DNA of 64,000 nt from Microthyrium microscopicum (GCA_010405405.1 MU004236.1:260576-324575); one strand, 5' to 3'. Positions 26,908 to 40,998 are shown, numbered from the stretch's first letter. Made by a program: numbers and translations. Notes: generated by a model not told the origin, from the letters alone.

Positions 26908-29900
26908 GATTGCTGGGAGAGATTGATGGCCCACAGAGTAGCTGGTGGTGAAGAGGGTGATTTGGCAGTTGCTGGAAGTTGCAAGAAGTAAGAAACAGTA
27001 GGTTGCGGTGAGAAATGTGGGCGAAACGGGGGAGATCTAGGGGCTTTCGGAACGCAACAAGTCGGACATGCAGTAGGTTGCAGATGCAGCGGCACGGGTT
27101 GCTTTGAGGGCCGGAATGCAGGATTGGCGCAAGTAAATTGAATAGGAGTGTGGGCCAGTAGATGTAGTCAATATGGGATTTGATGGGCTCAGCGGGTGGT
27201 AGCGAGTTATTGGCCAGAAGAGTTGAAGTTGAGCGGTGATAGTGGTACGAGAAGGGAAGTAGTCCGTGTAAGAGATCAATGGGGGTTTGGCCTGTTGGCT
27301 TGTTTGACAGCAAGAGGAAATTATATTGGGGGGGACAGGGCAAACGACAATGGACGAGAGAGAGGAAGAAGAAAGAGAGCAAGGAGCGGATAGCAAGGGC
27401 GATATTTATTATTTGAGCAAAGGGAGAGACAAGGCGATGAAGGAGCCTGTGAGCCTAAGACGGGTGTCAAGAGGCCCGATCAGTGACAAGCACAGCAAGA
27501 CGGCAGTTTCGGTAGTCACAGAATGATGGTTAATGATCAATGGTAACCCAAGACACGGATGGTTGGTCAGACCTGAGTCGGATGAAGAAAATGGCTGGGT
27601 TCGTGGGCGGTGATAGACTAATGAACATGAGGGTCTCTTGAATCTAATTCACTCTGGACTGCAGTAGCGGACCAGCGAGAGAAGCAAGACCAGCAAGACC
27701 AGTTGATGGCGGTATGGTGTTGCCCAGGATAAGGTGGCAGGACCGGTTGTGACTAGAGGTGTGAGAGTGGAATCAAGTGGATGGGATTGGCATGGTCAAG
27801 AGCCATGGACAGGGCCAAGCAGGCAATAATTTAGCAAAGCGCAACGCAGGCAAAGGACGCTTGAGACGCAAAGACAAAGACGAGGGAGAGAAGTGGACGG
27901 AACAGGCGGGAGATGCAATGTTTGGTTTGTGGTCAACACCAACCGAGCGTGAGCCATGAGAGGCCAAGAAGGCTTAAAGCGCGAAAGGTCAAAGATCAAA
28001 GGTCAAAGACCAGGCAAGGTTTAGCAGATGTAGGGTCCCGCCAGCAAGCAAGCCGAGCACCGCTGTTGAATTCAGATTGTGGTCAAGTTGTGGATCAATC
28101 AATCAATTGAATGGATCAGGAATGGCGATGCATATCTAGGATCAGGGGCTACAGTATCCAAGCTTGCCTACAAACCACGAAACAAAGTGTGCTGTAGTGC
28201 TGTACCTTGTAGACCTTCTTTTGAGAAAGAGAAAGCGAGAAAGAGAGAGTCAGTAGGATCATGATGGAATGGTTGGTCGTGGGGGGCAGTTGTACTTTTA
28301 GATTCAGTCCACAAGTCCAAATAATGCCTTGTAATGCATACACACCACTTCCATCAATCCACCACGATACATGTCATCCGTACATCCATTTCCAACCAGT
28401 TGTAGGCCATGGGATGGATCACAGCAGCCACATGGAACTCCAAAAACGGTTTGTGGGATTCAATATCATCCAATCCTATCTTGAATATCTTCCCCGTCCG
28501 GTAGCTCGCTCAATCCATCCCTTATTTCCCTTAAAGCCCCCCCATCAGGTACCTAGCAACACCTTATCCTTCGCGAGCTCTTGCATCTTGTTGCATTTCT
28601 CACGCACTCCAATATTCTCCAAAGTGCTATTTACAGGGTATATCTGTTAACAAATACCTAGGCTTGTCTGGAGCTTTTCCCTTCATATCCTCTATGCTCT
28701 TCTCCCACCACTCACGTCTCCCAGTTCACCATATTATCTATCCCCGGTAGGGTACATAAAGCTACGAACCTACCATGTAGAACCTACATACGGAGTACCA
28801 TGGCTTTGTTCAAAATGGAAATACTTGGCCGCGTTATGCCTACACGCACTCCTTTGGCCGTGCCTTCAGCTGCACTGTCTGCTGTTTGTTCTCAACGCCA
28901 GACCAGTGATATCTACTCCAGGGCTATGCTTCCTGGTCGAGCTTTTCTTTTTCCCAATCTCGCTGGCTTCTTTTGTGAGTTGGCTTTGATCATGAGCTTG
29001 TGGTTCCAACTGCTCACAAATATCAATTCGTCATCTGCAAGCTCTGTCGCCGGTGCTGCAGCGACTGCATTATTCTGTACTGCAAGCTTGCCAGACACCA
29101 AGAGCTCTTCCCATCATTTTCAACCTCGGCTGCTCATACATGTATATAAGATATCTGGTTGGCTGCTCGATGTTTAGTAGTTACAAACACTCCACCGTTG
29201 GCCTCCACATTTCACTCACACCTTGACCAGTTGACATCAATCTGGCAAACGTGCTGGAGGCGTGTGTACAACCCCCAAACCTTGCAAACTCTCTGCCCCA
29301 TCGTGCCCATCTACCAAATAGGACTGCTGCCCTTAGGATCCCAATTGTGCAACATCCCCAATGAGAAGGACGTGTGTGCGTCGCCCCATGGACGCTAGAA
29401 CATCATCTGCATCTTCGTCCAGGTTTCCTCCATCAAACTCCAACCTCCGCCGGCGACTCAGACTTGACACATTGCCTTTATTGCCTACTCAAGCCAATAC
29501 TCAATCCAAGCCTGTTTACATGCCTAGTCTCTTCGATTAATATGATGCTGCAGGACCACGTAGCAAGGCTTTAAACTCCAAACTCATCGCCTGCAGCTCC
29601 TGCTACTCGTCCAGAATAAGCTTGAGACACATTCCAGATGTATTTGTTCTCATAACCCTGGCAATATACCATCAGCACAAACCATGTCAAACTCAACACT
29701 ATTCGGCAGCTTGGCCCTCTCTGGTTTTCGTACGGTTCTGGATCTACATGTGTACTTTACTCTCTCCCGAGTGCAAGGGCTTCCGCAACCAGGCAGCCAA
29801 GACAAGTTTCTGATCAAGTCACGTTCGACAGCCCACAAGAGCTTCCCATGGACACTGGCCAGGCTTGCAAAGGTCACCATGAACAACCTAGAGTCAGCGT

Positions 29901-31199
29901 CCTGGCTGTGCCATCGTCAGCACCATTCCAAAATCACTCTGAAAAAAGATATTGCATGTCGAAATGGTTCATCAGTTGTCTAGTCACCTGGAACCGCCGC
30001 AAGTGTTCCGCCAATACCGCCGCATCTGGCCATACCAGGGCAAATGAGGATATTGCGCCGGCTAGAGAAATCAAAGCGTTCTTTTGTCGGAAGCATCTGA
30101 AACAGTTCCCTCCAAAACTCCAAATTCTGAGACATCCACACAACATCTAAGAGTCGCATCGAGGCCCTTTTCATTAACCTTTGGGCGCGTCCCTTGGTAC
30201 CGAGCTAATCTAGGCATCCCGTATATATGGCCTATATCATCTTCCGCAGCCAATGATTTGTTCCTCTTCTCCGGCCAGAAGCCAGTCTGTCGACGATTAT
30301 GCCCTTTTAAGCCGCGAAATTAAAAACTGTACCCCAGTTGACATTTGCAAGGCTGATTCATAAATTTCGAGTCCGTTGAAATTTGCTGACATCAGCCGAA
30401 TCAAGCAATACTGGTTCGCTGGTTCATCATACCTAGGTAGCCTTGCATGATGAACACGAGTACGGATACTTCCCGCTTTTAGGATGATTCTTCAAGTGTG
30501 CTTGGTCCGTTTGGCTTCATGTCCCTCCCAATCGAGAAAGCTTGGTATCGTGAGCTTTCGATAGTTTGTATCCTTCGCAACCTACCGAAGGACAAAGTAG
30601 ATTGTATCATACGCTATCACTCTAGGTCCTAGATACGCAAACTCTGGAAACGGCATAATTTTGTAACCAATCTTCTAGACATCTAGTTTTCGACTGTTGT
30701 TATCCCAACGTTCCTTGGTACGATACTAGCTTTGGTAGCCTTAGCAAGAAATTTGTTGTTTTATGGCTCGGAGATTTTATCTAAGGTAAGATATTCCATG
30801 CTTTCGACCTAACCAAAATTAATCCCTTTTCAACTTTCAGCTGCCTTGACGTCAGCTCTATTCTATCAGCTGTAAGAAAAGATGAAGACTCTGAAAGGGT
30901 GAGAGTGAAAAAAAGTGCCATTAATACTATAGCGAATACTCATTCTTCAACACCAGCGTGCTATCGCGACATTCAGCCTCAATTTTAAGTGAGAAAGTTC
31001 ACATATGTTATTCACATGAAAACAGTCACAATCAAAAGACAAATCATCAGTATGACGACTACGCCTCACGTCGCTAAGCGCGTTGGGGAAACTAGCATAT
31101 GGATATACTTCAGTCCCTTCGATAAATACATATTGCTTATCAGAAATCAACTCATCGCATTCTTCTTGGTTGAGCTATGATAACTTCTTCGCATAACCA

Positions 31200-31880
31200 T
31201 TATACACACGCTCTATTACCCAACGGTCCCCCCACGCCTCCTCCAACACCACGCTCGAGCACAACTCTTCAGAAAACAACCTCAAGCACACGTACACTCT
31301 ACAACAACCTGGGCCAGTTTTCGCCATCTTCATGGCCATCTCCGCACTCCGAGGATTGTAGATGTCTGCCTGTGATCATCTGTCCAATGCTTCGCTCAAT
31401 ACATCCAGCTATAGAATTGTGCTCATCCAGCTCACAATATTGACACAGCAACTCTGGTGCTTGGAACACTTCCTCGAGGTCGTACCGTCTTCTCCTTCCT
31501 TATACCAACGACCTGCATCTGCCTCGCCGACCAGACTGCTATATACGCCGGGAGACGTTGTCAAGAACACGCCCTCAAGCAATAGATCCTCGCGGGTACC
31601 CTTTCATGATGAATGGTCTTGGCTACTTAAGCAAAGAGTTGATGGTGGCAGGTCTTATCATACCATCGCGCGCCGAGCTGTGTGTCCTGGGTTTCAAGGA
31701 GGTTAAGGTCAGGTGCGCGGAGATATAGCGATGCGCGCCGTGTTGTTTAGGTTCGGAGGTTATTGGAGTTTTGCTGGGGTAAGACTAGGCGGACGGGTTG
31801 GCTTCTGGACGTTGGGACTTGGCTTTACACATGGTGTGTTGAAGTTGAGTATACGATGCGTTGAAGAAGGTTGGAGAAGG
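31200..31880 (-). ncRNA. Spliced, probably non-coding or micropeptide transcript
   Basis: CT-rich leader and strong-context CACACCATG. Introns 31828-31687 (GTAAAG..CTGAC..CAG) and 31663-31539 (GTATGA..TTGAC..TAG). The spliced frame gives ATG-TGA. Exon 3 has hairpins and no long ORF. Confidence 0.5.
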
Positions 31881-32174
31881 AGATGGCTCGCATGGCTGCG
31901 GCCATATACTACAGGTTAGAGCTACCCACGACGTGGCATCTTAGTTAATGTAGGAGTGTCAAGTTGGAAAGGAGTATGTGATGCTGTCGAGCCTGGTGCG
32001 CGATAGGCTGGCGAGGATACTTTCATTCATAAGAGGTAGAGACATTATGTGGTAGCTCTCGAGTTCAACAGACGCTATATGGAAACAGACTTGGTAAGTT
32101 AATCACCTTTAGTTTTATAGTTTCAATGTTTGTCCTTCATAATCTTTCATATTATTACATATTCTTATCGCCTC

Positions 32175-34683
32175 TTATGCATCTGTCTCGACAGGTATGA
32201 AGCTATCCCACGGGATCGTGCCCGTAGTCAATGGCGTCCAGTCCGGTAGTCTGGGAGATACAGATATAGGAGTGAAACTCCCTGGCTCAAAGGTTCCCGT
32301 GGGTGTTGGCTCGGCTTTTATCTTCAAACTGGTCTCGCGTAACCGAGAGATATGAATTCTTGCTGAAAGAGCAAACTTATCTGCGTCGGCCTGTCCTTTT
32401 GGCCATGGAGTCGCAAACGCTGTGGAGTTTCTTGGGTTAATAAAGTTTGCATTATCGCTACGAGGGATGGTGGCGGTCGAATTGCTGGATATATTGGAAT
32501 TTGTAGTAGAGGTACTATCGTCCTTGCACAGCTTTGAGGCATCGATGGTCCAGAAATCAGATCCAATGCCAGGAGCCGCGAAAAATACGTGGTTTGGATC
32601 GTATTTGTTCTTGATCGATTCAAGGCGGTTGTAGTTGGAGCCCCAGAAGAGGTTTTTCCAGTCAGTAGCATTCCAGTAACCCTGCGATTGTTAGGAATCG
32701 AATAATAATGTGAAATAGACAAGACTTACTTCTTCAACATACGACCCCATATCAGGTGAAATTGCTCGAATGGAGCTAACGTTTGTTCCAGTAATTAGAA
32801 CATATGCTTCTTTCCAAGCTGGATGTATGGATGTATCATCTTGCTTCATGACATTTCTACCGGCTATAAGATATCCTTGGAGCATAGCATCTGGCACCAT
32901 TTTGCCTCCGTCTCGAGGCATGGCCTTTTCCAATGCATCTGCGAGCTTGAAATCGCTCAAATGTTTGACTCCCATCAATTGGGAGTCGACATTATATCTC
33001 CCAGCAGGTTGCTGTTACACAAGTCCGTTAGAAAACCATCATTGCTGGTAGTAGGAACTTGACTTACAGGATCTAGAACGTTCTTGAGAAGAGGTTGCTG
33101 TCTGCGTCTTATGCGTCCTGCATACTTGGTGGTTATGTTGTACTGACATTCAAACAGATCTGGACGCCATTCCCATTTCTTGTGACATCTGTCCTCCGGT
33201 TCATAGGCAGTTTGATTGAGCATACCAAAAAGCCCGTCAAACATCTCCTTGTAATTCGCGTAATATTCGTGTTCCTGAATGACAGCTGACATGCCTGGAA
33301 TTCCTTGCAAGCGTTGAAGCACTGGATCCCATATCTGCTTGGCTTCTGAAATCCCTTTACTTGGGAGCAGAAATACGCCTCGAATTGCTTTGGGATAGAT
33401 ATTATAATATCCTTGCACTTGTTGCGCGTTCAAAGCCGGGAATTGCGAGTGAAGGTAAGCTGCTGCCTGATACGTCGCTGTCGCATTGCTTGATGTGGTA
33501 GCATTTATCCACCAAGATGATACGGTAACTTCAGGACTCTTGTAAACTTTGACCGTTGCTTGAACCACAACTCCAAATGTACTGCCCGAACCGCCTCGAA
33601 GGGCCCAGAACAGATCTGGGTTAGAAACAGAGTTGGCAATCCTTAGCTCACCATCTGCTGTTATCACTTGATACTCGAGCACCTGATGTGCTCCCAGTCC
33701 GTAAGTGCTCGATAATGGGCCATGGCCACCTCCTTGACTCCAACCCCCTGCTATTGTAATTGCGCCGCTTGCTGGGCCTGGCATGAATACATTCTTGTCT
33801 TCTAGAGAATTGTTTAGCTCTTGCGCGGTGACACCTGCGCCGACTGAAACAGCAATTGGGACTTGAGGGGCACTCGAAGATGAACTAGCGTTGGAGTATA
33901 CGGAGTCAGCACCGCTTTGGTTGGCTTCAAACTCGCTCAATTGCCGAATGCCTTTGAGATGTTTTAGGGAGAGCAATAAGCCATTTGGCGCATTGTTCCT
34001 GTTTGAATGAGCGCGTGGACTTTCGAGCATTCTGCAAAAACTTACCGGCCTAGGTAGTCCAGACCACTTGATATTATCGACAATCGAATATTATGCTTTG
34101 CCGCAAACTTGACCGCTGCTTGAACATCGCTTGGAGTTTGCGCTGCCAAAAAGTAGTTTGGATGAGCGTCTCGTCCTATGACAAACAATGGCATAACCCC
34201 AGGTATTTCAGCCTGCCATACATCGTATGTAGGCCAATTGTTATCTCCTACTGTAGTCTTGCATCGCAATAGCGGTTCATTAGGATAAGAAGGGGAGGCC
34301 GCCAGCGGTGGGTCCACGTCTGGTGGTGTCGGTTCTGGTCTGAAGGGTCGAGATATGGTGACATTAAGTTTCTTTGGTTGCGCTCTGATCGGTCCTGACA
34401 CAGATTTTGCGATTGGTGGTCTCGGGGCTAATGAGAGCAGCGAAGGCCGTGAACCTGGAACCGACAGAGAAACTGTTGCGCTTGTTGCTGGTGCCAGTGA
34501 AGATGGGGAGAGAATTGTAGACGAAGCGGGCCTAGTTGAGATAGAAGTACTCGATGCACTCGGAGCAGTAGGAGAAGATGTACTGGTCCAACCAGTTTCC
34601 AAGGACAATGCCTCAAGCTCTAATGACTGTGAACGAGTCGCGAGGATGTAGATGGTAGCCACGAAGGCACAATTGACATACAT
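32175..34683 (-). CDS. Secreted FAD-linked oxidoreductase (berberine bridge enzyme-like; FAD_binding_4 + BBE domain)
   Basis: Exons 34683-34046, 33998-33068, 33011-32730, 32681-32175 with GT-AG introns. Signal peptide and Ser/Thr/Pro-rich linker. Motifs GGWSQGGGHGPLS, DLFWALRGG, FWGSNYNRLESIKNKYDP. Confidence 0.93.
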
Positions 34684-35712
34684 GACTGACAGTCTATACA
34701 ACTGCAGGTACTTCTACATCTGAAAGCTTGTTGCCGCCCTCAATTCTTCTCGAGTCCATCAAAGGTGAAGGATCTCAGTAAATATCCATACATGGGAAAG
34801 CTGAGTTATCTCTCCAGCATTGACCATTTTCCAGACGACTTAATTGCAATCTACTATATCAGTCAGGACGGGATTCAATTATAAAATAGATTGTTATTAA
34901 ATGTTGAGATGCTACTTACCAAGAACCTAGGAGCTAGTCCATGATCTGCACAGGGATTGTTCTCTTCGGTAGAATTATTATAGGAAATAAAGGGTTCTAG
35001 CCGTGGTCAGGTGGGAGTATAATAAGGTGAACATGTCCTTGATTACGACTCTCGAATTTCACACAGCAGCATCAAGCTTTTGATGGACCTACGCCGAGCC
35101 GAGCCACTGCCACCTTTAAATAATTCGAGTTGGACTGGGGAACAAGTGAATGTTGCTTCCTTCGCCTTTCTCGAGAGCCAGTCAGCACTTGACCATACTT
35201 CACATCTTTTGGCCCATAATATGCTTCTTCTTGTCTTGTATGGCGTTTGATGAGATGTTGAGGTTTGTAGAAGACCAAAATGTTCCTTGTGCTTCCGGGA
35301 GCTCTGATCAAGAATCGTCAGTAAGAAAGATTGTGGATAATAAAGGAAAGAAGAAAGGGGGTCAATAACTGTGATTGCCATTGACGAGGGCCACATCGCA
35401 GCAAGAAAGGCTCGATTAAGTCTTTTGCGGTTGCAAGATTCGAGAATGGCGCATTCACTCCAACCTCTATAGTTTTAAGCTGTGTGTTGTGCTGAAAGAA
35501 ATTCGTCCAGAGACAGTAAGTTAGACAATATGCTCTTTGACCTCTCGGAAAGCTGCAGCACTTTCGTTATTCTCGTAGCTTCTTCGGACTATGTGATGTC
35601 GCGACTCGTAGACAAGTTTCAGTTAGCATGGGAGTCCACGATTTGATCGAACAATAGTTGAACATAGCAAATGCCATTGATGGTGACTTTATATCTACAT
35701 TGTTGAAAACGC

Positions 35713-36504
35713 CTACTCATCAGGAAGTGCCTATGACGATTAGAGAGCAATACGCTTGCAGAGTGCGGTCTACTTACCAGAAGTGCACCTTTGCCGCCTA
35801 ATTCCACCTCGAGGCCATTACCTGGGAACGTCCGCTTGGTACTTGGTTTTTGGGGATACGCAAAATAGTAAATAGAACCAGCAAAACCAGCAATGACTGT
35901 AAAATAACCTGCGAAATAGCGTAGTGCTTTTCCAGGCGGCCATTGGTTGTACTCTTCTAGCGAGAAAACTCCCAAAATATCATTGTCCTCATGAACAGGT
36001 TCGCCATAGTTTCTTCTCTCTTGTTTGTCCCACCAATCTTCGTATGGGTCTCGTTGTGATCGTTTTATGGCAGGTGGGTTGATATATCCGCCGTTCTATG
36101 CAAATATCAGTCCTATTCGCACTCCATGCAAGACGTATTTCAATCTCGTGCATACCATTAACGGATCATCTATCACTGGTTGTGTCATAGTCTCAATCTC
36201 CTCCTCTGTCGCGCCTTCCTCCTTCAGATGCCGCACAACATGCTTGAACTTGGCGGTCTTCTTGAATGCGTCGAGTTGAGTTTCGGTAGGATGGGTCTCT
36301 AGGAACGAATGGAAGGCATTGATATCGTCTTCGGTCACTTCCTGGACCTGGGAGGCATATCTAACTAGTATCCGACTGGGAAGTGGGCGTGAGATTGCTC
36401 GAAGAGGGACAAGCCGGCGGCTCAATATCTAACACTGGGGTCAATTGTAAAGCACTAAATCGGTGTGCAGCACTATAACTTACCGAAGCTCTTGACGAGG
36501 CCAT
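35713..36504 (-). CDS. NDUFB8: NADH:ubiquinone oxidoreductase subunit NDUFB8 (ASHI)
   Basis: Exons 36504-36484, 36428-36156, 36095-35778, 35730-35713. Motif DPLMNGGYINPP..KR..RDPY.DWWDKQERRNYGEPVHEDNDILG; one TM helix. Confidence 0.93.
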
Positions 36505-36967
36505 TGCAGCAATAGCATTGACTTTACCAAGATGTTAAGCTGGTACGAGCAGTGAGGTAAGGTTGTTGGTACAGCTTCCGCTTGATGCTTCGGCAACACT
36601 TCGGAATAAAAGCTTCCTTCTCGGCATCCCGATTAGCAACCGCTTGAGACTTCGATGCTCGAATGTGTTGCAAAAGAATCTCTCCATTTCACATACAACC
36701 ATCGCATCCGTTGGAGGCATGAAATGAGGACTATCTCATCTCCTATCCGAAATAGCGGCCTTCCGAATTGCTAACACACTTGTTTCCATCACTAGATATG
36801 GCCTAGCACAGCTCACTGGACAACCACAAACGCTCGAACTATACACCATAAATTATGGTTGCGGTTTTGCCTGTTGCCTCTAGAAATTCGTAACGAGTGA
36901 TAGACGTTGACGGGTTCATCTAGCGGATCTGTTCTGTTAGGCTGGCTACGTAAGCTTCGCGATATCT

Positions 36968-38403
36968 ATGGCGGCTGACTCCATTGCCCTTGCTGTAACT
37001 GAAGCCTTTGCTCGCTTACCCAAGAGATACAAGCCAGGACTTAGAAGCAACGGAGTGCACGAATGGATTCCCTTAGCAGGTATTGTTTTAGAGAAAGGTA
37101 ACAAGATGTGTTGAAGCAAATTGCTCGTCCTCTTGATGCTAACTAAGTCCTTCTAGAAGGTCTACCGCTATACTGCATATCCGCTTGGTAGATACTCTAC
37201 GTTTTGTAGGCTCCTTTGGCGATATTTTCTAACCTTTTTCCTAGTACTGGTTCAAAATGTCAGGCTCAAGATCGAATTCAGATTAGTAATGGCAACATTA
37301 TTCATGATTCACACGCGGAAGTTCTAGCCATACGAGCATTCAACTATTGGTTGATACATCAATGTGCTGATCTCGCCCGGAGCCTCGAGAACAGCTCCTT
37401 GTATCTGAAACGACGAGAAAATAGCCATGTTACCAAATTTTCACCACAGCCTTTCACGATACGCGCTGACGTAAAGATTCATTTGTATTGCTCAGAGTCT
37501 CCGTGTGGCGACGCAAGCTTGGAGCTCTCACTGGAAAGACAGGAAGATAGCACTCCTTGGGGAGAAGGTCCCGAGCGAGGTCCAGAAAATCTCCTTGGAC
37601 ACAGCCATTTTGGTGAAGTCGGGGTCGTTAGACGCAAGCCGGGTAAGTTCTATTGCATTTAACTTGACAGTTCAAAGCACACACTGTCGAGGTATCTAAG
37701 GCGTGCTCTTTACGTCGCATGGTTGCCGCTCCTTTGGTTGACTGACTGATCATATTCATTAGGTCGATCGGACTCACCAAATTGTCTTAGCAAGTCATGT
37801 ACGGATAAACTGGCTATGCACCAGTGTACTTCATTGATCAACGCAGCTGCGGCACCTTTGATCCACCCTGAAAATGCGTACCTTCATACTGTTGTGCTAC
37901 CCACAAGTAGTAAACTAGATTCCTGTACAAGAGCATTCAGTCAGCAAGGAAGAATGAGTCCTATTGCAGAAAGTTCCAAGCTCAACTGGCCACTATCCTT
38001 TGCATTCAAGCCTTTCAGGATTGTGCTCACAACCTTAGATTTTGAGTTCTCTCGAGCTGATCCGAAGGTCAAATATACGGCTTGCAATCGCACTGCAATT
38101 TATTCACCGCTTTTCCAAGAAGCGATCATCAATGGCATGGTTCAAGGTTATAAAGCTGGTAGCACATCTATCGATGCGATCAGTCGATTGTCGCGCCGAC
38201 GCATGTGGGAGGCGGCGATAAGAGTCGCAGAGCAGACATACGCTTCTTCGCTTCTCTCGATGATTCAGCAACCGTTGTATCACGAGTTTAAAACGATTCC
38301 AATTTTTGGCGCTGCGCGGAAACAAGTTAAAAGCGATGTTATCAGAACCTTGGGCTATTGGCCACGAAACGAAGGGGATGACTTTTTTACAAGAGAAGAG
38401 TGA
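36968..38403 (+). CDS. TAD1: tRNA-specific adenosine deaminase 1 (ADAT1/Tad1, A37 of tRNA-Ala)
   Basis: Exons 36968-37097, 37157-37187, 37245-37642, 37763-38403. Motifs TGSKC, HDSHAE, SPCGDAS, RRKPGRSDS, SKSCTDKL; no dsRBD. Confidence 0.93.
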
Positions 38404-38896
38404 CAAAGGATAAAATAGCTCACGCTTTATCCCTTTTAAGCGTCGAAAGGTTAGTAGTAAGTCGATAACTTACTTTAGTATATTTTTACTATATTAATAC
38501 CTAAATTATTTAAGAATCATTTCCTCTTAGGACTATACGGCTAGTACTATAGTTAAATACAAGTACGGAAGCGCATTATAGCCTACTTAGTAATATTAAG
38601 AAAAACTAAAAACTAAAGATTAGTATATAAATAGATCTATATAAATAATTTTATTTTATTTCTAAAATATATATTTTAATTATTTCTAATATAATATTAT
38701 AAAACTTATATTTTTAACTTTCTTTTAGCTTTTTTAAAAATACTTTTAAAGTACTTTTAGTTAATAATATTTACTATATTATAACTATAAAATAAAAATT
38801 ACTTTTTAGTAAAAGTATATTTAAGAAATTAAAAAGAAGAATTTTCTTTTATTAATTTAGTAGAAGCTCTACTATATTAGTAGCTTACTTTATTAT

Positions 38897-39256
38897 TATT
38901 AGGAATTAAATCTAACGAACTCTCTAAGATAGGCATTATAGCCTAAGTGCTTTAGCCTAATAGCTATTAGAAGCTAGTAGAGCTACTTCTTTAGCTTTAG
39001 TATATTCTATAGTTAAGAGAACTAATAAGTTCCTAACTATTATAATTAGTAGCTAAGCGTATTTCTAAGGTATCTTAGCTTATAAATAAACTACTCTAGC
39101 TTAAAGAGAAACCTTAGAGGTTCCTAAGTAATAAGATAAAGGCTAAGGAATTTCCTAGTAATTCTTTAATAATTACTCCTATTCCTATTTCTATATACCT
39201 AATCTATTAAGTATCTTATAATCTTCTTATTTACTCTATAACCTTAATCTTTAATA
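38897..39256 (+). repeat. 5' LTR of element D
   Basis: Direct repeat of 54966-55325. Confidence 0.93.
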
Positions 39257-40998
39257 TTATAATTACTTCTTACTAATAGAGTACCTATAAAGCTTTTCCT
39301 TTAAAATATTATAATTAGTTATAAGTAATAAACTAATAAAACCTAAGGATAAGGCTCTTAGAGTAAAACTAGCTAGACTAAATCTAGTTATACTAAATAT
39401 AGCTATACTAACTTTAGTAAGACTAAGTAGCCTTATAAGTAATTTTATTAATATAGAATAAGCTTATTTAGAACTAGTAGTAAATATAAAAAAGACGCTA
39501 GAATAGCTATAAGTTAAAATATAGTAAATACGTAATATATTTAAAATTAAATAACTTAAGGTAATAAAAGTAGCCTATAAATATAGAGAATTCTACTTAG
39601 TTAAATAAATTAATAAATAAGGTTAATATAATACTAGCTTAGCTATTTTAGCCTATATTAAATATAATAGCTCTAAATTAGCTTATAGTAGTAATAAACT
39701 ATAAATATATAAAGCTAAAAGTTTATAAAAGTATAAGGATTAGGTCTTTAATATAACTAATATGCTTACTATAAAGAAATATAAGAAGGACCTATATTTA
39801 GTAATCCTTTAAGCTTATAATTACCTTAATAAGAAGGTTATATAACCTACTTAGAATAATTATATTAATTTCTAGACCTAGTTAGTTAAACTAGATTAAT
39901 ATAAACCTATATAGACCTTTATAGAATAATAGGCCTTTAAACTTCTTAGTCTACTTATTAAGAAATATTATAAAGCCTTTTAGAGCCTTTTAACTACTAT
40001 AATAGAAAAAAAGACCTTCTAAGAATACTTTAATAAGCTTATATCTCTTTTTTATAAGTATAAGATTAATAATATATTAATTTACTTATTATTCTTTAAT
40101 AATAAACTATCTACTTATCTTAGAAATAATATAATCTTTAATTTAAACTATATAGTTAAGATAACTAAAGAAGCTTTATCTTAATATATTTTAAAATACT
40201 TAAGACTTATTAATAACTAGAAGATACTAACTACTTTTAAGAAAAATATTAGGAATAGTAAATCCTCTAAATAGTATTTAATATCTATAAATTTAAAGGA
40301 TAAGACTTAATAAAGTTCTTAAAAAGATAAGTTAAAGAAGTTTAGATTAAGCCCTTCTAATAGAGCTTTAAAACTAAATAAACTAAAGAGTAACGTAACG
40401 CCTAGAGTTAAATAGCTATTTCTTAGTAATTCTAGTAAAGATAAGTACTAAAATTATAATAAAGTAGGCTATATAGCTTATAAGTGCCTTAACCTAAAGC
40501 TAAAAGAAATTAAAAGAAAAGACTAAGCTATAAGGTAGCTAATTAGAATCTTATAGCTTCTATTATAAATAATTTAGTTCTTAACCTTTTTAATAACTTC
40601 TATAAAGTTATTATTACTTAAGTCTTAAAAGTAATAAGGAATAAGAAGATTCTAAATAAAAAGGTATACTAATTAAAAAAATTACGTTAAATTATTTTAT
40701 AAGAGACTACTTAGAATTAAATAAGCTAAGATTATATATTATAAAGCGTAATAATAAATAGTAAAGCCTATTTTAATATTATAGACTATACTTTAGCTAA
40801 GAAGCTTTAATTAGAGATATATTATTTCTTAGAGAAGTTAACTAAGTACTTAAATAGTATACTTATAGCTATTTATAGAGTAGTAACTACTAAAGTAATA
40901 ATAGTTAACTCTAATAGGATCCTAAAGACTAATAAGGTATTATTTTATATTATAGACTTATTATATTATATAATTATTATAAGGATACCTTAGCTTAA

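Noticed and set aside
27000..31150. Many 60-130 aa ORFs in the long intergenic region
   Set aside because: Overlapping, often non-ATG starts and no motifs; consistent with a long promoter/UTR region.
36968..38403. ADAR-like mRNA editor linked to the nearby in-frame stop codons
   Set aside because: Domain content is that of the housekeeping tRNA deaminase Tad1/ADAT1, with no dsRNA-binding domain; proximity is not evidence of a link.
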